A DNA stretch of 64,000 nt from Haplodiscus bocki (taxonomy: Eukaryota): assembly GCA_965655095.1 (NCBI GenBank), contig OZ296648.1, positions 40,176,001-40,240,000 of the forward strand. The letters run 5' to 3'. The translations under genes and the position numbers were made by a program. Below, in pieces: positions 49,201-61,200 of the stretch (the first letter of the stretch is position 1; the number at the start of each line of letters is the position of its first letter). Below the pieces are notes generated by a model. The model ran no database searches and was not told the origin of the DNA. It saw only the letters and a list, made by a program, of their open reading frames with translations.

Positions 49201-52200
49201 GTTAAATCGGGAAAAACTAAAGTAGTGAGCATATGTCACTTAGAAGTGTAAAACAGTTATTGGACAAAATAATATCAGACTGCGTAGATGAACATTTTTG
49301 ATAGTGAGTTGAATATTTGAACGTCTCACCAGAAAAGTATTTGACGTGTTTTCTACAGAAAAAAGAAACTTAATCATCGACACAGCCTAAGAGCTGTGAA
49401 TCAGTCCAGTTGTTGACTCTGAATTGTTCCAATGCGGTCAGTTGATATATGCAATGGATTGATTCAATCCAAAAGAATCACTCAGAGAAACAGGTTAGAA
49501 AAACGCCCCTGAAAAAAAACTCGAAAAACAAGTTACAAGTAAGGCTATTTCTGGCATTAAGGACCCAATTTTTCCACCGAAAACAGTTTTAGATTGAAAA
49601 AAATGATGATGGTAACTGAGCAGGGGAGAGTATTCAAAAGATGTCGCAAAAGTGTGTATTCTTCCAAAAACAAGTTTTTTGCACATTTTGGTCACAAAAC
49701 ACTGCATGCTAAATGGTACGAATCGACGAAAACGGAAATCAGAGCCCCGAAACGATTAAACGATCTCAGGAACAATTTCGTAATAAGTCACAATTGTGAA
49801 CCATAGACAACGCTTGTGGACGAAAAAGATTTTTGGTAGGTACCTTCTTTTCCTTGTGTACAGATTGAATCTCTACGACATTCGGCAGCAAAATGGTATA
49901 ACCTGAAAACACACAATTGACCTATCAACTTTCCGAGTATGAGACCCCTTGACTGGTAGTTGTCTCAGTTTTTTTGGAACGCACTTTTGATTGACAGCAG
50001 GTGGACTATCAAGTCTGGCAAACGCGCTGTCTCACAAACAAAACCTCCATGTCAATCATGATTTTGTTTTCCACATTACACCATTTTAATCCATAAAGAA
50101 TAGGAAATTTGCCAAAAAAACGCAGAATTGAAAAAGCACCCTGTTTACCCTAGAAGACTAGGCTTTCGTAACTTCCAAAACTTGAATATGCTTTAGGTGC
50201 GCAAGGCATTAGGCGTCAAGAAAAAATTGGGAAAAGAATTTGGAACTGGAGGCGAAAACATTTCCACACACGATCGGTGTAAGTTCTTACTAGACTTATG
50301 ATGATTTACACAAAACGTTCAACGAACGTTTGATATCGTTAAACTATGGAACTGAACAAGGTTCTCTTTGAAATTGACAATCCGATATCAGTTGATCAAT
50401 ACTATGGAATAAGATACGTTAACTTCGAAAAGGGTATGAGTTATATCCATTTATACACTAATAGACTTTTGATAAAGCACTAAATTCGAAAAAACTAAAA
50501 GAGGAATTAACGAGTCAAACACTTTGAATGTCGAAGAACTTCGGCTCCTTATTGTTTAATTGTTGATCATTTAACTTTTGGAATTGAAAACACTCCAAAA
50601 ATGTCCAGTTAAAAGAATTGATACCTGAAAATCTTCTCTTTGAGCCGTGCAGGAAAAGACTTAAATAGGTGGTTTGAGAGTAAAGAAAACAAAAATTGAA
50701 AAAATTGATGGTCACACGTAGGTGTAGCATTATTCGATCCATATTTTTTCACGTAGGAGGACAAAACCTCGAAATTCTTGGAATCAAAAAATTAATCTAC
50801 ACGTAGAAAGTTGTGGATTAGGATGCAAATGAAAACAATTGAGCGGGTAGTGTGACAGAAAAAGCAATTGCAAGAACGACTAAACCAGAAATCATATTCA
50901 TGTGTGAAGGAAGAGTACTTTCCTTCAATTTTTGACTCTCAATCAGAAATAATTCTACGCCGATTGTCGAAGTATAAAATCAATCGCAATCAAATTTCGT
51001 TGACCAAGCCACTGCAAGAAAACTAATTGTCGAAATTCTTTGACAATGTAAGTTTTCTCCGTTGATTTAGGTGTTTGAAACCGAAACTGAACAAAACCAA
51101 CTAAACTGATTGTCAACTTTCGTCTTTCAGAAATTTAATCTAATAACTCAATTTCTCAAATACTGTACAGGAAACGTAAAAATACAGTTGCTCCAACAAA
51201 TGCCCACCAAATCCCGCTGAATTGTTGGGTTAAACATTTATTCAAACTCAATTTATCGGAAGAACGGGAACCATCAACAAGAAGTCGAGGACCACCGAAA
51301 TTGGGGAATGGCAATGAAAACAAAAATTTAGCTTCAACAAATGGCAAGTAAATGAATAAGTAGAAAAAGTATGTAACCCAGTGGTTTTCTTCGAGAAAGA
51401 ACGCCGGAGTGAAAGCGCAAGAAAGTAACTTTCATTTTACAGTCAAAAGTTCGGTTACGACCAGGGAACGGTAAGGATCATGACAATCTTGCTAAATACC
51501 AGAAAGAATACCTTGCCCGTATTTTGCAATACGCAAAAGACGCTCCTAGTTTGCTTTCTAGTCACTCATATGAAGACGATTGAAAAATGATGCAACTTGA
51601 AAATTCGAATTCAGAAGTACTAGTCAAGTTAAATCGGGAAAAACTAAAGTAGTGAGCATATGTCACTTAGAAGTGTAAAACAGTTATTGGACAAAATAAT
51701 ATCAGACTGCGTAGATGAACATTTTTGATAGTGAGTTGAATATTTGAACGTCTCACCAGAAAAGTATTTGACGTGTTTTCTACAGAAAAAAGAAACTTAA
51801 TCATCGACACAGCCTAAGAGCTGTGAATCAGTCCAGTTGTTGACTCTGAATTGTTCCAATGCGGTCAGTTGATATATGCAATGGATTGATTCAATCCAAA
51901 AGAATCACTCAGAGAAACAGGTTAGAAAAACGCCCCTGAAAAAAAACTCGAAAAACAAGTTACAAGTAAGGCTATTTCTGGCATTAAGGACCCAATTTTT
52001 CCACCGAAAACAGTTTTAGATTGAAAAAAATGATGATGGTAACTGAGCAGGGGAGAGTATTCAAAAGATGTCGCAAAAGTGTGTATTCTTCCAAAAACAA
52101 GTTTTTTGCACATTTTGGTCACAAAACACTGCATGCTAAATGGTACGAATCGACGAAAACGGAAATCAGAGCCCCGAAACGATTAAACGATCTCAGGAAC

Positions 52201-55200
52201 AATTTCGTAATAAGTCACAATTGTGAACCATAGACAACGCTTGTGGACGAAAAAGATTTTTGGTAGGTACCTTCTTTTCCTTGTGTACAGATTGAATCTC
52301 TACGACATTCGGCAGCAAAATGGTATAACCTGAAAACACACAATTGACCTATCAACTTTCCGAGTATGAGACCCCTTGACTGGTAGTTGTCTCAGTTTTT
52401 TTGGAACGCACTTTTGATTGACAGCAGGTGGACTATCAAGTCTGGCAAACGCGCTGTCTCACAAACAAAACCTCCATGTCAATCATGATTTTGTTTTCCA
52501 CATTACACCATTTTAATCCATAAAGAATAGGAAATTTGCCAAAAAACGCAGAATTGAAAAAGCACCCTGTTTACCCTAGAAGACTAGGCTTTCGTAACTT
52601 CCAAAACTTGAATATGCTTTAGGTGCGCAAGGCATTAGGCGTCAAGAAAAAAATGGGAAAAGAATTTGGAACTGGAGGCGAAAACATTTCCACACAAGAT
52701 CGGTGTAAGTTCTTACTAGACTTATGATGATTTACACAAAACGTTCAACGAACGTTTGATATCGTTAAACTATGGAACTGAACAAGGTTCTCTTTGAAAT
52801 TGACAATCCGATATCAGTTGAACAATACTATGGAATAAGATACGTTAACTTCGAAAAGGGTATGAGTTATATCCATTTATACACTAATAGACTTTTGATA
52901 AAGCACTAAATTCGAAAAAACTAAAAGAGGAATTAACGAGTCAAACACTTTGAATGTCGAAGAACTTCGGCTCCTTATTGTTTAATTGTTGATCATTTAA
53001 CTTTTGGAATTGAAAACACTCCAAAAATGTCCAGTTAAAAGAATTGATACCTGAAAATCTTCTCTTTGAGCCGTGCAGGAAAAGACTTAAATAGGTGGTT
53101 TGAGAGTAAAGAAAACAAAAATTGAAAAAATTGATGGTCACACGTAGGTGTAGCATTATTCGATCCATATTTTTTCACGTAGGAGGACAAAACCTCGAAA
53201 TTCTTGGAATCAAAAAATTAATCTACACGTAGAAAGTTGTGGATTAGGATGCAAATGAAAACAATTGAGCGGGTAGTGTGACAGAAAAAGCAATTGCAAG
53301 AACGACTAAACCAGAAATCATATTCATGTGTGAAGGAAGAGTACTTTCCTTCAATTTTTGACTCTCAATCAGAAATAATTCTACGCCGAAAGTCGAAGTA
53401 TAAAATCAATCGCAATCAAATTTCGTTGACCAAGCCACTGCAAGAAAACTAATTGTCGAAATTCTTTGACAATGTAAGTTTTCTCCGTTGATTTAGGTGT
53501 TTGAAACCGAAACTGAACAAAACCAACTAAACTGATTGTCAACTTTCGTCTTTCAGAAATTTAATCTAATAACTCAATTTCTCAAATACTGTACAGGAAA
53601 CGTAAAAATACAGTTGCTCCAACAAATGCCCACCAAATCCCGCTGAATTGTTGGGTTAAACATTTATTCAAACTCAATTTATCGGAAGAACGGGAACCAT
53701 CAACAAGAAGTCGAGGACCACCGAAATTGGGGAATGGCAATGAAAACAAAAATTTAGCTTCAACAAATGGCAAGTAAATGAATAAGTAGAAAAAGTATGT
53801 AACCCAGTGGTTTTCTTCGAGAAAGAACGCCGGAGTGAAAGCGCAAGAAAGTAACTTTCATTTTACAGTCAAAAGTTCGGTTACGACCAGGGAACGGTAA
53901 GGATCATGACAATCTTGCTAAATACCAGAAAGAATACCTTGCCCGTATTTTGCAATACGCAAAAGACGCTCCTAGTTTGCTTTCTAGTCACTCATATGAA
54001 GACGATTGAAAAATGATGCAACTTGAAAATTCGAATTCAGAAGTACTAGTCAAGTTAAATCGGGAAAAACTAAAGTAGTGAGCATATGTCACTTAGAAGT
54101 GTAAAACAGTTATTGGACAAAATAATATCAGACTGCGTAGAAGAACATTTTTGATGGTGAGTTGAATATTTGAACGTCTCACCAGAAAAGTATTTGACGT
54201 GTTTTCTACAGAAAAAAGAAACTTAATCACCGACAAAGCCTAAGAGCTGTGAATCAGTCCAGTTGTTGACTCTGAATTGTTCCAATGCGGTCAGTTGATA
54301 TATGCAATGGATTGATTCAATCCAAAAGAATCACTCAGAGAAACAGGTTAGAAAAACGCCCCTGAAAAAAAACTCGAAAAACAAGTTACAAGTAAGGCTA
54401 TTTCTGGCATTAAGGACCCAATTTTTCCACCGAAAACAGTTTTAGATTGAAAAAAATGATGATGGTAACTGAGCAGGGGAGAGTATTCAAAAGATGTCGC
54501 AAAAGTGTGTATTCTTCCAAAAACAAGTTTTTTGCACATTTTGGTCACAAAACACTGCATGCTAAATGGTACGAATCGACGAAAACGGAAATCAGAGCCC
54601 CGAAACGATTAAACGATCTCAGGAACAATTTCGTAATAAGTCACAATTGTGAACCATAGACAACGCGTGTGGAGGAAAAAGATTTTTGGTAGGTACCTTC
54701 TTTTCCTTGTGTACAGATTGAATCTCTACGACATTCGGCAGCAAAATGGTATAACCTGAAAACACACAATTGACCTATCAACTTTCCGAGTATGAGACCC
54801 CTTGACTGGTAGTTGTCTCAGTTTTTTTGGAACGCACTTTTGATTGACAGCAGGTGGACTATCAAGTCTGGCAAACGCGCTGTCTCACAAACAAAACCTC
54901 CATGTCAATCATGATTTTGTTTTCCACATTACACCATTTTAATCCATAAAGAATAGGAAATTTGCCAAAAAAACGCAGAATTGAAAAAGTACCCTGTTTA
55001 CCCTAGAAGACTAGGCTTTCGTAACTTCCAAAACTTGAATATGCTTTAGGTGCGCAAGGCATTAGGCGTCAAGAAAAAATTGGGAAAAGAATTTAGAACT
55101 GGGGGCGAAAACATTTCCACACAAGATCGGTGTAAGTTCTTACTAGACTTATGATGATTTACACAAAACGTTCAACGAACGTTTGATATCGTTAAACTAT

Positions 55201-58200
55201 GGAACTGAACAAGGTTCTCTTTGAAATTGACAATCCGATATCAGTTGAACAATACTATGGAATAAGATACGTTAACTTCGAAAAGGGTATGAGTTATATC
55301 CATTTATACACTAATAGACTTTTGATAAAGCACTAAATTCGAAAAAACTAAAAGAGGAATTAACGAGTCAAACACTTTGAATGTCGAAGAACTTCGGCTC
55401 CTTATTGTTTAATTGTTGGTCATTTAACTTTTGGAATTGAAAACACTCCAAAAATGTCCAGTTAAAAGAATTGATACCTGAAAATCTTCTCTTTGAGCCG
55501 TGCAGGAAAAGACTTAAATAGGTGGTTTGAGAGTAAAGAAAACAAAAATTGAAAAAATTGATGGTCACACGTAGGTGTAGCATTATTCGATCCATATTTT
55601 TTCACGTAGGAGGACAAAACCTCGAAATTCTTGGAATCAAAAAATTAATCTACACGTAGAAAGTTGTGGATTAGGATGCAAATGAAAACAATTGAGCGGG
55701 TAGTGTGACAGAAAAAGCAATTGCAAGAACGACTAAACCAGAAATCATATTCATGTGTGAAGGAAGAGTTTTTTCCTTCAATTTTTGACTCTCAATCAGA
55801 AATAATTCTACGCCGATTGTCGAAGTATAAAATCAATCGCAATCAAATTTCGTTGACCAAGCCACTGCAAGAAAACTAATTGTCGAAATTCTTTGACAAT
55901 GTAAGTTTTCTCCGTTGATTTAGGTGTTTGAAACCGAAACTGAACAAAACCAACTAAACTGATTGTCAACTTTCGTCTTTCAGAAATTTAATCTAATAAC
56001 TCAATTTCTCAAATACTGTACAGGAAACGTAAAAATACAGTTGCTCCAACAAATGCCCACCAAATCCCGCTGAATTGTTGGGTTAAACATTTATTCAAAC
56101 TCAATTTATCGGAAGAACGGGAACCATCAACAAGAAGTCGAGGACCACCGAAATTGGGGAATGGCAATGAAAACAAAAATTTAGCTTCAACAAATGGCAA
56201 GTAAATGAATAAGTAGAAAAAGTATGTAACCCAGTGGTTTTCTTCGAGAAAGAACGCCGGAGTGAAAGCGCAAGAAAGTAACTTTCATTTTACAGTCAAA
56301 AGTTCGGTTACGACCAGGGAACGGTAAGGATCATGACAATCTTGCTAAATACCAGAAAGAATACCTTGCCCGTATTTTGCAATACGCAAAAGACGCTCCT
56401 AGTTTGCTTTCTAGTCACTCATATGAAGACGATTGAAAAATGATGCAACTTGAAAATTCGAATTCAGAAGTACTAGTCAAGTTAAATCGGGAAAAACTAA
56501 AGTAGTGAGCATATGTCACTTAGAAGTGTAAAACAGTTATTGGACAAAATAATATCAGACTGCGTAGATGAACATTTTTGATGGTGAGTTGAATATTTGA
56601 ACGTCTCACCAGAAAAGTATTTGACGTGTTTTCTACAGAAAAAAGAAACTTAATCATCGACAAAGCCTAAGAGCTGTGAATCAGTCCAGTTGTTGACTCT
56701 GAATTGTTCCAATGCGGTCAGTTGATATATGCAATGGATTGATTCAATCCAAAAGAATCACTCAGAGAAACAGGTTAGAAAAACGCCCCTGAAAAAAAAC
56801 TCGAAAAACAAGTTACAAGTAAGGCTATTTCTGGCATTAAGGACCCAATTTTTCCACCGAAAACAGTTTTAGATTGAAAAAAATGATGATGGTAACTGAG
56901 CAGGGGAGAGTATTCAAAAGATGTCGCAAAAGTGTGTATTCTTCCAAAAACAAGTTTTTTGCACATTTTGGTCACAAAACACTGCATGCTAAATGGTACG
57001 AATCGACGAAAACGGAAATCAGAGCCCCGAAACGATTAAACGATCTCAGGAACAATTTCGTAATAAGTCACAATTGTGAACCATAGACAACGCGTGTGGA
57101 CGAAAAAGATTTTTGGTAGGTACCTTCTTTTCCTTGTGTACAGATTGAATCTCTACGACATTCGGCAGCAAAATGGTGTAACCTGAAAAGACACAATTGA
57201 CCTATCAACTTTCCGAGTATGAGACCCCTTGACTGGAATTGTTCTTTTTTTTTCGAGCGCACTTTTGATTCACAGCTGGTGGAGTATCAAGTCTGGCAAA
57301 CGCGCTGTCTCACAAACAAAACCTCCATGTCAATCATGATTTTTTTTCCACATTACACCATTTTAATCCATAAAGAAGAGGAAAATTGCAAAATAAGAAA
57401 CGCAGAATTGAAAAAGTACCCTGTTTACCCTAGAAGACTAGGTTTTCGTAACTTCCAAAAATTGAATATGCTTTAGGTGCGCAAGGCATTAGGCGCCAAG
57501 AAATTAGGAAAAAATTGGAAAAAGATTTTAGAACTGGAGGCGAAAACATTTCCACATATGATCGGTGTAAGTTCTTACTAGACTTATGATAATTTACACA
57601 AAACGTTCAACGAACGTTTGATATCGTTAAACTATGGAACTGAACAAAGTTCTCTTTGAAATTGACAATCCGATATCAGTTGAACAATACTATGGAATAA
57701 GATACGTTAACTTCGAAAAGGGTATGATTTATATCCATTTATACACTAATAGACTTTTGATAAAGAACCAAATTCAAAAAACTAAAAGAGGAATTAACGA
57801 ACCAAACACTTTGAATCTCGAAGAACTTCGGCTCCTAATTGTTGGTCATTTACCTTTCGGAATTGGACTCTCCAAAAAAGTCCAGTTAAAAGAATTGATA
57901 CCTGAAAATCTTTCTTTGAGCCGTGCAGGAAAAGAATTAAATAGGTGGTTTGAGAGTAAAGAAAACCAAAATTGAAAAAATTGATGGTCACACGTAGGTG
58001 TAGCATTATTCGATCCATATTTTTTCACGTAGGAGGACAAAACCTGGAAATTCTTGGAATCAAAAAATTAATCTACACGTAGAAGGTTGTGGATTAGGAT
58101 GCAAATGAAAACAATTGAGCAGGCAGTGTGACAGAAAAAGCAATTGCAAGAACGACTAAACCAGAAATCATATTCATGTGTGAAGGACGAGAACTTTCCT

Positions 58201-61200
58201 TCAATTTTTGACTCTCAATCAGAAATAATTCTGAGCCGATAGTCGAAGTATAAAATCAATCACAATCAAATTTCGTTGACCAAGACACTGTAAGAAAACT
58301 AATTGTCGAAATTCTTTGACAATGTAAGTTTTCTCCGTTGATTTAGGTGTTTGAAACCGAAACTGAACAAAATCAACTAAACTGATTGTCAACTTTCGTC
58401 TTTCAGAAATTTAATCTAATAACTCAATTTCTCAAATACTGTACAGGAAACGTAAAAATTCAGTTGCTCCAACAAATGCCCACCAAATCCCGCTGAGTTG
58501 TTGGGTTAAACATTTATTCAAACTCAATTTATCGGGAGAACGGGAACCATCAACAAGAAGTCGAGGACCAGCGATATTGGGGAATGGCAATGAAAACAAA
58601 AATTTAGCTCCAACAAATGGCAAGTAAATGAATTAGTAAAAAGTATGTAACCCAGTGGTTTTCTTCGAGAAAGAACGCCGGAGTGAAAGCGCAAGAAAAT
58701 AACTTTCATTTTAGAGTCACAAGTTCGGTTACGACGAGGCAACGGTAAGGATCATGACAATCTTGCTATTTACGAGAAAGTCTACGTTGCCCGTGTTTTG
58801 CAATACGCAATAGACGCTCCTAGTTTGCTTTCTAGTCACTCATATGAAGACTATTGAAAAAGGATGCAACTTGAAAGTTTGAATTCAGAAGTACTAGTCA
58901 AGTTAAATCGCAAAAAACTAAAGTAGTGAGCATATGTCACTCAGAAGTGTAAAACATTTACTGGACAAAATAAATTCAGACTGCGTAGATGAACATTTTT
59001 GATGGTGAGTTGAATATTTGAACGTCTCACCAGAAAAGTATTTGACGTGTTTTCTACAGAAAAAAGAAACTTAATCACCGACAAAGCCTAAGAGCTGTGA
59101 ATCAGTCCAGTTGTTGACTCTGAATTGTTCCAATGCGGTCAGTTGATAAACGCAATGAATTGATTCACTCCAAAAGAATCACTCAGAGAAAAACAGATTA
59201 GAAAAACGCCTCTGGAAAAAACTCGAAAAACAAGTTAAAAGTAAGGCTATTTCTGGCATTAAGGACCCAATTTTTCCACCGAAAACAGTTTCAGTTCGAA
59301 AAAAAACGATGATGGTAACTGAGCAGCGGAGAGTATTCAAAAGATGTCGCAAAAGTGTGTATTCTACCAAAAACAAGTTTTTTTGGACATTTTGGCCACA
59401 AAACACTGCATGCTAAATGGTACGAATCGACAAAACGGAAATCAGAGCCCCGAAACGATTAAACGACCTCAGGAACAATTTCGCAATAAATCACAATTGT
59501 GAACCATAGACAACGCGTGTCGACGAAAAAGATTTTTGGTAGGTACTTACTTTTCTTCCTTGTGTACAGATCGTAGTGAAATCTCTACGACATTCGGCAG
59601 CAAAATGGTGTAACCTGAAAAGATATAATTGACCTATCAACTTTCCGAGTATGAGACCCCATGACTGGTACTTGTCTCAGTTTTGTTCGAACGCACTTTT
59701 GATTGACAGCTGGTGGACTATCAAGTCTGGCAAACACGCTGTCTCACAAACAAAACCTCCATGTCAATCATCATTTTTTTTCACATTACACCATTTTAAT
59801 CCATAAAGAGTAGGAAATTTGGAAAATAAAAAACGCAGAATTGAAAAACTACCCTGTTTATTCTAGAAGACTAGCCTTTCGTAACTTCCAAAAATTGAAT
59901 ATGCTTTAGGTGCGCAAGGCATTAGGCGCCAAGAAAAAATTGGGGAAAGAATTTAGAACTGGAGGCGAAAACATTTCCACACAAGATCGGTGTAAGTTCT
60001 TACTAGACTTATGATGATTTACACAAAACGTTCAACGAACGTTTGATATCGTTAAACTATGGAACTTAACAATGTTCTCTTTGAAATTGACAATCCGATA
60101 TCAGTTGAACAAAACTATGGAATAAAACACGTTAGCTTCGAAATGGCTATGAATTATATCCATTTACACACTAATATACTTTTGATTAAGCACCAAATTC
60201 AAAAAACCGGGAATTAACGAGCCAAACACTTTGAATATCGAAGAACTTCAGCTCCTAATTGTTGGTCATTTAATTTTTGGAATTGAGAACTTTCCAAAAC
60301 TGTCCAGTTAAAAGAATTGATACCTGAAAATCTTCTCTTTGAGCCGTGCAGGAAAACAATTAAATAGGTGGTTTGAGTGAAAAAACCAAAATTGAAAAAA
60401 TTGATGGTCACACGTAGGTGTAGCATTATTCGATCCATATTTTTTTACGTCAGAGGACAAAACCCAGAGAAAATCATGGAATTAAAAAAAGAATTTACGC
60501 TCAGAACTTTGTGGATTAGGATGCAAATGAAAACAATTGAGCGGGTAGTGTGACAGAAAAAGCAATTGCAAGAGGGACTAAACCAGAAATAACATTCATG
60601 TGTGAAGGAAGAGTGCTTTCCTTCAATTTTTGACTCTCAACCAGAAATAATTCTACGCCGAAAGTCGAAGTATAAAATCAATCGCAATCAAATTTCGTTG
60701 ACCAAGACACTGTAAGAAAACTAATTGTCGAAATTCTTTGACAATGTAAGTTTTCTCCGTTGATTTAGGTGTTTGAAACCGAAACTGAACAAAACCAACT
60801 AAACTGATCGTCAACTTTCGTCTTTCAGAAATTTAATCTAATAACTCAATTTCTCAAATACTGTACAGGAAACGTAAAAATTCAGTTGCTCCAACAAATG
60901 CCCACCAAATCACGTAGAATTGTAGGGTTAAACATTTATTCAAACTCAATTTATCGGAAAAACGGAAACCATCAACAAGAAGTCGGGGACCACCGAAATT
61001 GGGGAATGGCAATGAAAACAAAAATTTAGCTTCAACAAATGGCAAGTAAACGAATTAGTAGAAAATAGTATGTAACCCAGTGGTTTTCCTCGAGAAAGAA
61101 CGCCGGAGTGAAAGCGCAACAAAATAACTTTAATTTTACAGTCACAAGTTCGGTTACGACGAGGGAACGGTAAGGATCATGACAATCTTGCTAATTACGA

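Noticed and set aside
58600-59800. TGA=Trp genetic code (organellar or mollicute insert) in the monomer
   Set aside because: Several TGAs fall in plausible frames, but TAA/TAG stops and frameshifts are also present. SLBP uses TGG for Trp and ends in TGA. Decay explains the pattern.
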